From Bugula neritina (lineage: Eukaryota > Animalia > Bryozoa): 64,000 nucleotides of DNA. Where the stretch lies: positions 11,770,722-11,834,721 of the forward strand of contig OZ037766.1 of the NCBI GenBank assembly GCA_964035545.1, in the 5' to 3' direction. The notes under the pieces were generated by a model. It worked only from the letters and a program-made list of their open reading frames with translations, was not told the DNA's origin and did not search any database. How positions within the stretch are numbered: position 1 is the first letter of the stretch; each line of letters opens with the position of its first letter. A program made the translations under genes and the position numbers. Below, piece by piece: positions 13,501-27,300 of this stretch.

Positions 13501-16500
13501 TTACTGTCTCATGTGGTTATCAAACTTTTTAAGAGTATTTTAGCAATAAAAGTGAGAAAATTTAAAGATTTGTTGATAAAAAGCTAATTTGTACTCATTA
13601 TAAATACTAGCATAAAACGATTCTTTTAATGATGATATGGTATTAGTTCTTCGCCTATTCTTCCTTACTTTGATCAGGCAACAAGCAATATGTCATGAGT
13701 TTTCTTTTTAAAGCATATAAAATGTTTATTACCAATTTGTTATGTCTTTCTGTTTGTCTTCTACCAACCAGAAAGATGCATAGAAAAAAATGCAGAAGCT
13801 AAATGGCAGCACATTTAAATTTAAGTTATGATAACTAGCTGGAGTTGTTCAGACTTTCCTATTTCTAACCTCAACATATAGAATATCACACTTAATTCAA
13901 TACTGTCAACTAGAGGGTCATATTTTATACACTACTGTTTCCTGCTTTATGTCATTGATTCAACTCTGGTACATCAGAAATTGAGAGCTTTTATAATTAT
14001 TTGTTTATCTTCAGCAAATATGGCGCATATTGTCTTGCATCGCCTAAGCAGGAGCAGTGATATTTTATAGGAAGTTTGATATAACGGATGAATATAGTTA
14101 GAAGACTGTGATACCAGTTAGTGGCTACTTGAACCTAAGTCAATAGGTTCGGTAGACAAAGTTTAAATTGTTGACAAAGAGACTGTCATCCCTTGGACAC
14201 TTTATGTAGATGCTTCTAGTATGGCTAATCCATTCTTCATATACAGGTATATGATGGATTCTTTAGATGAGGTGTAGCAAAGAATATTAGAATAATAAAC
14301 TGTTCATTGACCTCAAGTCTTCAGCTAGATTCCTAAGGCTAAGCGCTCAAGGGTCTAGAGCCTTTTCCACCGGCGCTAGTTGCATATATAGAAAATAAAT
14401 TTTTCTGAATTTTGAAATTTACTTTGAAATCAAGTTAATTAAGAGTTGAGGTATAAGCTGTATGCTAAGCTGTAAATCTTACAGAGGAGATGCAGCTATA
14501 AGCTAGGGCCTGTATGGGATTTCTGTCCCTACCAAGTGCCATTAGCTTACACTGAGACTCAATCAGCCTACATGAATGGACTTTCTCTCATTCTATATAA
14601 ATTTATTGCCAGAAAAGCCAAAAATTTTTACCAGAAAATTTTAAATAAATATATCATGTAGATTTTCTTAATTTTGGTTTTGGGGTTAAAGATGTTGCTA
14701 TCAACCAGAATGGTACGCTTTCAGAAATCAAATGTTTAATCTTCCATGCTGTGTTTCTTAATGACAACTTCTCAGAGCTGGCATTGCAAAGGAAATTATA
14801 TAATTAGTCATGCTGATTTGTTTCACTCTCTATCAACAGAGGATTTGAAGTATTTGTATTCGTCTGTCGTGACACGTAATATTCAGTGGATAATTAGGCC
14901 TGCACTGATCACTAGACTAGGCTTGTTTTAGGGTGCGTTGTGCAGTTTATTGCATAGTAAACCCCGAGTGAGAGTTTCAATTTCTCTAGCTGAGTATATA
15001 GTTTATTTTCCTAATATAAGTAATACTATATCCTTCTTTTTAACTTTTTTTATGAAATTAAAAAATGTTGCGAAAATTGAGCTATGTCATACTCTCCCTT
15101 ATACCCTACCCTCACTTTTACCCTACCCTCCCTTTTACCCTACCCTCCCTTATACCCTACCCTCCCTTTTACCCTACCCTCCCTTATACCCTACCCTCCC
15201 TTATACCCTACCCTCCCTTATACCCTACCCTCCCTTTTACCCTACCCTCCCTTTTACCCTACCCTCCCTTATACCCTACCCTCCCTTATACCCTACCCTC
15301 CCTTATACCCTACCCTCTCTTTTACCCTACCCTCCCTTTTACCCTACCCTCCCTTATACCCTACCCTCCCTTATACCCTACCCTCCCTTTTACCCTACCC
15401 TCCCTTATACCCTACCCTCCCTTATAACCACTACCATACCATATTGTACTACAGCTGCCAAAATAATGTCTTTCTATTTGTATTAATATAATAGTGTACG
15501 TAGATTATTAAGGAGAGCTAAGGGTTTAAGTACTTAAGGGAATTATCCTCCCTCGTTGTAGAAGCAAGGGTTAAATGTTAACAGAAATGACAACTCCTAA
15601 TATTATGGGTAGCAAATTATAAAATATATTATCTGCAAGTAGAGGAAAGTAAGGGAGTGCAACTCCAGTTGATATCAACATTTCTTTGTTAATGTTGACC
15701 AAATAATGTTGGTTTGTTTATCTGCATGTTAATGTAGCTCAGTGGCTCTCTACACCCCTCTGCTATTGTGAGTTTTACAAATTCATTTTACGTTCCAACA
15801 TGCTATGTCAAACTGATAATACAAATACTATGATACAAATACTATAATACAAATAATATAATACAAATACTGTATAAAATTAACATGTCAAACACTACTG
15901 TAGAAATTACATATAAATGCTTATAGGAATGTAGGGTGTAAGCTATGTTTAGGATAGCTGTTGCATGCTGTGTCACTGAGTGTCTACTGGTTTCAGCATT
16001 AGAAGTAGGTTAATGTATGCAGTATTAATTATAAAGAATTTTCTCTCTCTTTGATTTAGCAATCACTGCCTGCTAATGTTTGCATCTATTTGATTCTACT
16101 AGCTGGTTCCAATGTTTGGAAAGCTATTAGTTTATGGGCTTCTCACATCTCATTAGGCTCCTTGCTGCTTAGTGTAAGGATTATTCTACTATCTTATAGC
16201 TAATTTAAAATTTATGAAAAGTATAATTATCTCTCGAAGTTATATTATTTGATTAAATGACTTTTTCCACCACAGTATAGCTTCTCACTTTTACAGCGTA
16301 ACCTAATTTGATTTTTATAACAAAAACACCTTGGTGCATTATATTTATATTTTATTATTGAAGTTGTAACAATTAAATTTTTGAGCTTTCATTACCAAAA
16401 TACATCAAAGTGAAGGTAATAATAAAAATCTAGTAAAAAGTAATGTATGTTTTTTTACATAAAAGTGACTCTTGTGAAGCCCATTCGTGGAAAGTTAATG

Positions 16501-19500
16501 AAAAGTTAATTTTTTTACTAACCTGATGTAAATGTACAGTTGTGGAGGATAAATGCTATAAGATTAAAAATAAAAGACCCAAGTATAGACTTTTAAATCT
16601 TTCTGAACTTTATTTCGATATTTTTATGTTTTTTTATCTGAAGTGAAAATATTTAAAAAAATCAATTTATTTTGATTCAAAAGGTAAATGTTATTACATA
16701 TATATAGCTTGTGATTTTTCCTTGGTTCCTCAACTTGATTAATCAAATATTAAAAAAATATAACGTGTTTTTATTTATAATATTTTAACTAATAGTCTAA
16801 GGGTAGTCTGTCTCACTAGATTTCTAATTATGCTGATCTATTGACAATAATATAAATTGATAACTTTGAACTGCTATCTAATTTATAAGCAGCACCCATA
16901 ATTACTAATCTGTAAATGGAGGGCATTGCCTTTCTTACTCTAAGAAGAGTGATTGGTTTGCTAGGCTTTGCAGTAGATGCAAGGCTTGAAAGCTAGTGAA
17001 GCTGCTGTGGAAAGTATTTTGACCTATAATATTGATTGCTGTTGGTCTGCTCCTGAGCTAATCAAAGGATAGTTTATAGCCTTAGAAACCTATCACAATT
17101 TTTGGTGTGGGTAATGGAATTATATCGGCCCAGCCCTTCCTTAACCTAGGTTGACAATCATTTAGTTAGCAAGGAATCTATCTAATTACTGTCTTTAAAA
17201 CGTTTTACTACCTTTATACTCTGCAGCAATAAATAGATCAGAAACTCTTAGATTGTACTAAAGCATGGTAAGTAATCTGCATACTCAAAATGAAAGCTCT
17301 TATCACTGAAATAGGCGTTTTGGAACATGGGACAGCATTGTGTTACATGGGACAGCATTGTGGTACATGAGACAACATTGTGTTACATGGAACAAAATTG
17401 TGTTACATGGGACAGCATTGTGTTACATGGGACAGCATTGTGGTACATGGGACAACATTGTGTTACATGGGACAGCATTGTGTTACATGGGACAGCATTG
17501 CCTTCTGCATAAACATGTGTTTACTGTTTCACTGTTCTACTGTTTGTTTTACTATGAGCAGTGCTTATTAACTGTAACTGTAAGGTATGTAGTTTTTACA
17601 ACGAGGTAAAGAAATATTATAGTCGTAATGTAGCTCTCTCTGTATTAGGTGATCATATATTACTGTTGGGTATAACATATTCCCCAGAAGCATCCCAATC
17701 CTGATGTAAATGTTTGTTTAATTTGAGTTCATGATTTTTAGTCTGAGTTTGGAAATTTATTGGTGTATTTCATGGTCCAAAAACTTCTCATACATCTTTT
17801 CAATATTAGCACTATTGAAAAAGCTCAAATGTTCACCTGCATCAGACTATTATCATTCAGTTTACATTTGGGTTTTTGTAGAAAGTGCAACTTTTTTCCC
17901 CATCATAGGTTTCCAGCAGATTGGCAACATGTTCAATTTGTTGCATGCAGTTTTTTACTCAACTGGTGTACTTTCATTTATTGAGCAGTGCAAGAAACTG
18001 GAGAAACACATAATATTTCTTCTACAAGTGACAGAGTTGCACAAAGTTTCCTTTGTTTATGAAAAAACAAGGCTTTACTAAAAAAAACTGAGGCATCAAA
18101 ATTTTGAGATGTCCTGTTACAGTGCCATGTTTTTCACATAAACTTACATGAAAGTCTTTCTTAGTCTATAAGATACCCCACACCTTTCTAACAGGCAATG
18201 GGTCTGACATATTCTGGATCAAACCTTTATCACATAATCTAGCTTTTTTAACCAACTTAATACTGGCATTTGTACAATGCTGTAGGTACAATTTCTAGAT
18301 ATTTGTAATAAGAGGGGTTGTCTGCTAAAAAACAAGCAAACTCCTAGCCAAAACTTATTAACCCAAGTTAAGCAGACATTTACATCTCTTCACCATAATC
18401 TATTGCCAGTTGACAGGAGAAACATTTTAAATTCTGAAGACTTTCTTAAACTATGTAAATTCCTTAGGTTACTGTGCCTATAAAATACCAATTTCAATTT
18501 TGCATTCAATGCATTCAATAGACATTGAAATTATATGTTAGAGAGTCAGGTATTTTCAGCTAAAATTCTCCTGCCCATAATAATATGCAGCTGAAGTTAC
18601 AATTTGCTTAAACGTTTCAGAATGCTTTGAGACCACACTGAATGTTTTGATGAACAACTTGTATGGAAATTAAAATCATTCAAGCCATAGATTGTGATTG
18701 GTGCTAAAATTTTAGTGAACATAGATGTAGATCTTGGAAGACAATTTTTCAAAATAAATAAGAATTTTAGACTAAATAAGCCAATTTTAGAACCAGACTA
18801 ACTAATTCTGTCACTTATGTTTTAGGAGAGTGAGCGTGCACAAGCGAATACAAACTCACCACAAGGAGTTGTCTTATTGGACAGGTCACTCTCTACTGAG
18901 GTAAATATTCCTTTACTGTGTAGTAGATATTTTGTATGCTTTGTCCAAGAGTCTAGAGATGTATTTATATAGTATTAGTTTACTAACTTGCTCAAACTAT
19001 TCCATGGCAGCTATTGGCTGCATTTGCTACAAACAAGAGTTATTCCCACTTGCAACCCGTGCTATAGTCTCAGTCCCATGTGCACAAACTTGCAATATGT
19101 TTGGGTTGCAGTTAAATAAGTCATATTAACAAGCTGCTTATGATTACTTTTTTTCTTAATACATTTTTACATGTAATATAATGTTAACAATATTAGTTTT
19201 AATACTAGCTACGTGATGCTGATATTAGTATATAAGCCTTTGCCAAATATTATAATTAGAACACCAGCAGTACTTTTGAGATTTAGTTTATAATTTGATA
19301 TTTACTAATCCTGTTAGGTACTGAGTAATTGAATTCTGCTTAGCATTAGTTTATAATGTTTGGTTGCTTTGTTTTTGGACATGTGACATTTCATGCCCCT
19401 AATATTTTCAGAACCAGTGCTATTTGAAAAGACTAATTTTCTGCACGTTATTTTAAAACCATATCAAACATTAAAACATAGTAACCGCTGCCAATCAATT

Positions 19501-22500
19501 TTATAGGTAGATTATAGTCACTTTATAATGGTTAATCTTAAAAGTTTATGTTGTTTCAAATTTTAGGTTTAAAAAAGGATTTTTTTAAATTCAAATCCTA
19601 AACTGTCACATTACAGCACTCAATATCATTCAAGCATAATATACCATATTTTTTTCTCAAAAAATGTTTTGAAGGTACAGTTCAGGAATTAAGATAGCTC
19701 TACATTGATTTACTTGAAACTTTTCAATAGAGAATTATTTTCAACTTTGTAGTTTTCTTCTCGCTAAATGTTTGGTTCATAGTTATAGCCTGTAGAAGCA
19801 TTGGTCCATTTTACAGTGAGTAAAAGCAAGTTAAAATTTCTGCAGTGTATATGTTCAAGCAATCTCTGAACAACTACAATATAATTCAATCTTTGTATAA
19901 GACAGCTTAGACAAATCCAATAATCGTTATATAATTATAGTTGGGAAAATAGTGAAATTGTTTGTAGATTGTTTTATGGGATCTCCGCGTGACCTAGAGG
20001 TTCAGCAACCTCTCCGGTAGTTCATAATAATGTTATGTACTATAATAGCACATTAATGCTCATATAGAAACTTACCTTTAACATGTTGATAGTAGAGCAA
20101 TTTCTGTGGCCTATATTGGTTATGAAGAATAACCGTCAACTAGCATTTTAAATTAGATAAAAAATATATATAATATAATATGAGTTAAGGGGTTACGATT
20201 TTAGATTGTGTGTTATTTGCAAAGCGGCTCTATAGATTCTAATAACATTATTTTCAATGACCGGGAATGTAAATTTTTTTGTAAATATTGAATATCGCTT
20301 TTCAATCAAATTTGTTTTATTTTCCAAACAATATTTTTAAAATCACAAGATTTTTCCTTGGTTTTACATTATATAAATTTATATAATGTAATTATAGTTA
20401 CTAGAATTATAAAACTTATTTCACATAAGTAATGGTTTAGTTTTGAGATTAAATTTGAGCTCTATAAGAGAGGTAGGGCTGTAACTAGGGTAGCACCATG
20501 ACGGGGAATTTCTAGCCATATTCTACAGCATTCAATTGTAATAATTAATGCTGGTATACTAATTATTGTCCTCTACTGTCTCAATATTTATGTTTTCCTT
20601 AAAATAAAAAAATGTTCTATTGACAACTATATGTCCCGACTCAAGATCAGGCTGGCAGCTTTATGCTGTTCATATACAAGGTATGCAGATGTGCACTGAA
20701 AATCAATACACCTTTTCAACAAGTCTGTACATATCTTCAACTAATCACTGCCTGTGTGGATCAATTGACTAAGTTGGGATTATAGTTATTGTACTTGTGC
20801 TTGCAAATGTTGCAGAGATGAATTTTGGTTATTGAAAATATCTTCATGACTGATGAACTATGTGCCTACTGTAGACTCTGAAAGTAAAAAATTTACCGCG
20901 ATTGTAATAGCAATACACATTAGAATTGTGATAATACTATATTATCTTATTGGGAAATCATGTGCAAGCAATGAATAGGGTAGTTGATTTACATTCTTAT
21001 CTCCGCGAGGCTGCTATTGGCAGTTGATAATCATATATTGTATTTGTTTTCTCGGCAACACATGATATTTTTTGTCTCTACAAGTTAAATCAAGTTCTTG
21101 GATAGGCTAACTGAAAGTTATGTAAATATTGCTGGCTATTGTGAATAGATCACCTTTGAATAGATTCACTTTGAATATAACCTGTAACCTGGTCAGAGTT
21201 CTGTCTGTAGCTTGAGTTAAATATGAGTAGTTTTACTAACTCGGGCTTCCTAACTCCTAGGAAAAAGAGACGGACTTCCGTATTTTTAGGTTTTAATTTA
21301 GCTCAGAGGCGTCAAAATTCTCATTCATGGAAACTGGTGACTCATCATTCAACAGACAACCTCTTCCTAAGTGAGGAATGCATGGTGGGTAGCAGTAGCA
21401 TGCTATAGCTGCAGTGATAGTAGTATTGTAGGGTATATGACTTGACACTATCTGATATAAGATTTGCTTTTTTTCTCCCAAAATATGAATAATGTGAGTG
21501 TAGGTGCCAAATCTAAGAAAGCCAGATGGCTAATTTGCCTCAGAAAATGCTCTTCCATTCAAGATTTGGTATTCCTTCATATTTAAAGCTTTATTTTGTG
21601 ACTTTATATAAGCTGCTCCTACTTTCAATGCTATACTAAAACTGATATAGTGAGGACGTGGTGCTAGGCTAGCATAAGACGATTCTATACTACATTACTG
21701 AGGGCTCTTTTAAACTGGCAGATGTGTTTCTCGTTTATATTTACACCCAAGTTTATACGCATGTATCATGAGACCCACTAAACACTACGTTAGCATTAGC
21801 AATACCATTATCTGTGAAACTAAACTATTTAAGTTGTTTTAAATATGTTTAAAAAGTTGTAAAAACCCAAATGGTAGATTTATAAATATGTTTAGTATTT
21901 TTTTACTGTCCTTGCTTCTTTATTTACTTAATACAGAGCTTCCTGTGTGAAGAGCATATGTTTAAATTTCCTTTTCATAATAGAACCGTGAGTCGATGTG
22001 TTTATTTGGCTGGACGGTTATTTCCTTTTATTTTGGGACTCAACAATTCCAAGCAGTTAGTAAAGCATGTTTAGTCAAATTTTATGAGTTACCATGTTGC
22101 CCCTTGAGCTGCAAGAACTGTTGTTAAGAAAAGACAACTCTTACCATTTAAAGCCAAACCAATGTTGCCCTTCGAATCTGGAATAAGTAGCTGCTTTGCT
22201 AAATTTGTTTTTTGTTAAATGCTCTAAACTTAAATAAACCTCCTAGGCTGATTATTTTCTGCAGTTTATTTTATTTTTGGACTTGCTCCTGCATGAATTC
22301 CTTGTATTTTCTTTCTTTTCTCTATATATCACATAGTTCTATAAAACACTTGGTAAAGTTTCCATAAACTTTTCCAAGAGTAGGGAATTCAGTAAAACTA
22401 TAGGATAAAATCGCCCATGAAATATTTCAATATATGCCAAGTGAAACGCATACCATTCATCAAAATTATCTTATAATATGTATATTTTTGTAATGAGATG

Positions 22501-24260
22501 TATGTAGCATCTTGGCGTTAAGTATCCTCATGCAAACCTGGGCTGTTACTATTGGATGCATTTTCCATCTTTGAACACCCAGCTAAAGCATATAAAATGC
22601 AATTTCAAGATAACCAACTGCAGTGAACAATTTGCTCACAGTTTTTCTGGAACCAAATACCAAACACAGAGTTTATTATCTCACTGCAATCATTAATTTA
22701 CAGGTTTAAGATGTACTACTGCACTAGCTAAATAGTAGTTGTGTTCTCATGTAAAAAGTAATGCAATTCCTACTTTGTGTACTGTAGTCCAGTCTTAATG
22801 TTACAGAAAATAATTATATAACTTTGGGGTATTTTTAAAGCTGTCTTACTAAATATTTTTGGAGAATTATTTTGTTAATTTTTTGGGTTGATGAATTAAA
22901 GATATTTAGCTAATTAATACACTATAAAATCTAACTAGATGGTTTGATTATTATAGTGATCACAAACACAGTTGGTACATGGTATACATGTATATTAAAT
23001 GTAGGTGGTTTACTTCTATTCTAGTTGCATCAACTAACCTCTATAGCATAGCAAATGGCCGCAACCTTAATTACATGTAGAGCTGGGAGATTCGTGTGTG
23101 CTCAACTTGAAGGTTAGAGCATATAAGAGCAAGTCGTGCTGTTCTAGCTTTATTGGTGGAGCTTTGCTCAACTAACTAAGTGCCTTTCAAAACTATTTGC
23201 ACTAATATCAATGAGGAAAATTAAACTTCATTGATCCAGAGCTAATGTTGTTAACTTGTTAATTTTGCAATGCTTGTGGCATAAGCACATCAATGTGATT
23301 TATGCTCACTACACGCTGCTACTAACTAAACAAGGGAACTATCATTAATGCTGCTGCTACTGCTGCCATAGGTGCACACCGCCTTAACATTCTTCTATTC
23401 TGCTATTTTCAAATTCTTGGAAAAATGAGTACACGACGCCGTAATTTCAGGATGCCTATTAAGCGTATACAGGTTTTGTATAATATTTTATACTTTAATT
23501 CAGTGAATTATAATTAACCTTTATGCAGTTTGGGCTATTGTGCTCATATAATACTCAACTGGCTGTAGTTTCAAAATTTCAAGTTTCTCTTTATAAATAG
23601 CATCATGCAACTTAGCTGTAAGCATTTGAATGAGATGATAAGCCGCAAGCCAGTCTAGTATAATATGTTGATTTGGACTATTTTCTAATATAAAACTATA
23701 TTTATTATTAAGTTTGGGTGCATTAGAGCAACGTGTAACATAAATGCTTTGCCAAGGGGTAGTTTTGCAGGGTATCATATGCCTATCTATGCAGTGTATG
23801 CCTCTGTATCAGATGTCTATGCAGATATTGCATGTAATGTTAGTAAGTAGTGCTAGCATATGACGTAGGCATCATTATCTTTTATAAATTGCGTAAGTAC
23901 GTTATGTTTCTTAAACTAAGTATACTTACTTCTTTTTCATATATCTTTATATATAAAAAATATATCTTCTCAGTTATAAATGCCACTGGTGACTGGTGTA
24001 TGCAACACATACAGTGTGCACACATGATCACAAGTGTAAAGTTGACATGGTCCTAATGTCTAATTACATTTATTTTTACGAAAAACATAGTTTCACTTTT
24101 TAATAGTGAAAAGTTGCACAATAGAAAATCATTTGTCATAATGGTATTAGGTATTCATGCAAAAGCAGTCGGTGTATAAACTGTTTTTTTTTCCAAAAAG
24201 TAAAAATTTTATTCTGGATATTATTTTTTCATGCAAACATTTTCAGAATTGGCATTAATA

Positions 24261-24343
<83 letters not shown>

Positions 24344-27300
24344 ATTGTCATTGTTGTTAAAAATACAGCAAAGCAAAGTATCAATATCACACTAATGGTG
24401 GTAGAGCTAATAGCAGGTTTAGATTTTAAAAGTAATTTATTTTAAAAGCAACACTTCTACATAGTTTCTTCTAGTTCACTGTACTCCATAGGTGTTATTT
24501 TGTAATAGCACCTTACCAGTGCAGTGAACTGTATGAAACTATATAGTAGTGCTGTCTCTAAAAATAAACTACTTTTAATATTTAAACCTACAATACATGC
24601 GTATATATTATAGCATATAATACGTAAATTGTAAATTCCTGTATCATAATGCATGATTACATAGGATCCACTATCTCTATAATATTGTATGCTATGATTT
24701 CTGGACTCCCACTCTATATATAACATTATTTTATATTGAAATTTTCCACTTCATTGGATTAGTACAGAGTAGATAAAATAATATTTTATAATACATTGAG
24801 CTGCAGCAGCATTATATGAAATACTTTATTATATTAGAGTTTTGACAAAAATCAATTGATTTTGTTGCTAATAGCATGGGATGCAGGTTGACGTGTGGCT
24901 ATTTTTAGCACTTTTTCTTAATTAGTCATAGATAATGTACTGGACAAGTCAGGTATATTACACCTATTAGCACATATGTAGCTTTGATAATTTGGTTTGT
25001 TATTTTGTAAATTAACAAGCATAATGCAAGTAATAATATGTAGCATTTATTTGATAGCCAAACATTAAGAGGTAATTATTTTGAAAAGAAGCTCAACCTC
25101 TGGTTCATGGATTTAGAGAACAAAATACTTATTGTACTATTCCACAGATTTGAAAGTATCTTATTTAGTGATATCAAGTATTAAGTGTTCTATTAAGGAC
25201 AACTTCATATGCAGGTTAAATGATTTATAAATCAGATACTTGTCACCTAAATGTTTAAGCTTTGGGGTATTGATGTAGGAAATTGTATATTACTTTGTTT
25301 ACCATTCACTCTTACACAGCTCTAACTATTAACATTAAAAGTGATTTGTTATTCATATTCTGCACGTTTACTCAATAAGAAAAAGAATTAATGCCTGCAG
25401 TGCAATTCTATAAATATGATGATATAATAAGGAATACTTGATTCAGGATATAATTTTACTAATGGTATAATTTAACTTGCATTAATATTATTATACACAC
25501 TTATGCACATACATTTATATTTAGGTTTGCAGATTCCCAGCAGGTTGTTTTTCAGATTAATAGTGATGTCATACTATTAACCTGTAGGCACAATTATCGT
25601 GCCATTAGTGAAACTGGCAGAGTATAGTAGCATGTATAATAAGAAAACTATATTATACTTAGTATGTAGTGTTATTTAAGTAAGTTTCCTAATAATTAAT
25701 TCTATGTAAGTCTACTTAACCTTACCTGCAGAGTATAAAGTGTAGTAAATGGATTCATTGAGTCTAGACAAAGCTCCTGTTCATTTCTGTTATATGATTA
25801 TTATATAATTACTTTTGTATATAACATAATTATATAATACATTCTTTTCGTTAAAATGACTTTTCTAATATTTGATTAGTTGATGAAAAATTCCTCTTTG
25901 AAGTATTAATATACAGTTTAGGTGCAACTTTGCTAATTCAACATTGCTTCTGCTACAAGCAAATATATTGTCCTATTGAGTAATTAACAAGTCCATTTTG
26001 CACCTTTTAGGTTTCTTGAATATGTTGTTACTTGTATCTTATATACAGCTTCTCTTGTAGTCTTTAGTGGAGGTGGGGACGAGGAATGTGGATAGAGGCT
26101 GCCATGGGACTATGGGTAAGCAGCCATTGAATAACAACGATGTAGGCAGAGTTGCCAGCTGGGCTGTGAGCTTTGAAAATCTATTACAAGATGTGGATGG
26201 GGTGGAAGCTTTCAAGGTCAGCTGACTTATAATTATTTTTTACACAGCATAGTCATAGTATAATCACTAAGGGAGCAGCCGTAGTCTAGGGGTTGGAGTG
26301 TTTGCCTAGTAAGCAGGAAGTCATGGGTTCGAACCCCAGTAAAGGCCATCAGTGATGTTAGGAAGAGCATCCAGTCATAATTGCTCATGGGTCTCATCTG
26401 AGTAAGTCCTTAGCCCAATTTAACAAAAACCTCTTCCATCAGGGGCTTTTCTCACAGGGATGGTAATTGCTACATGGACATATAAGGTGTTCTAATTGTT
26501 CTTGAAACCTCATTTCTCAAACCTGAATGCTTCCAATTGTGCATTGAACTCTACTATAAATGATTATTCTCTTTCACAGATATGTACCATTTGGATAAGC
26601 CAAAATAAATTAATAAGCATTAAATGTACTAATTGAATATCATCTACATATATACCTACAAATATTTGTTTATACTGAGAAAATAGTGTTAGTCTAAAGT
26701 TTAAACCAAGACATCCAGCAATTATATTGAAATTCTACTTTATGTAGATGTTTAAAGCATGATATTTTTTATGTTTTATGTTTTTTATGAAAAACAAACA
26801 CTTAATTTATGCAAGGTTGTATAGCATTTGGTAATTTTTTGGTCGATTTTTATCAAATAAAATTTATTATCTAGCAAAATTACAGTTGGCTAAGTTAATA
26901 ATTAATAAATAAGTTTGTTTCTAAATTATTGATTAATTGGAGCTATTATCTGAATAGAAAGATATATAACAATGGGAAGATACATGTAAACGTAGTTGGT
27001 AGCAACTTGATCACAATAAATAAAAATAAAAAAAATTATTTTTAATGAAAAATTATTTTAACAATGTATTATTTTACACATTTAGAAATATCTAACACTT
27101 GAGTATAGTGAAGAAAACATAGATTTCTGGTTGGCATGTGAACATTTTAAGACCATCACAGATCCTGTGCAGGTGAGTTTATTATATAAGAACTGTAAGG
27201 GGGTCAGTGGCAAGGCTATATAGTGTTACATAAGTTATATAGTTATGTAACTGCTGCAGTTGATATGTGGTTTGGTTCTGGAAGTAAAACAGTTGTTTTA

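Noticed and set aside
14938-15491. Pro/Tyr-rich extensin-like ORFs, or an interstitial telomere
   Set aside because: The region is open in all three frames because of the 17-nt repeat, and the unit is not TTAGGG.
17325-17500. CRISPR-like array
   Set aside because: The 20-nt units are head-to-tail with no unique spacers, the context is a eukaryotic intron, and there are no cas genes.
20631-20680. [16 protein letters not shown] as a palmitoylated RGS12 N-terminus
   Set aside because: It ends in phase 2, which is incompatible with the phase-0 acceptor at 26061, and I found no bridging exon.
26271-26346. tRNA gene
   Set aside because: A and B boxes are present but the acceptor stem does not pair properly, and the sequence runs into a SINE-like body.
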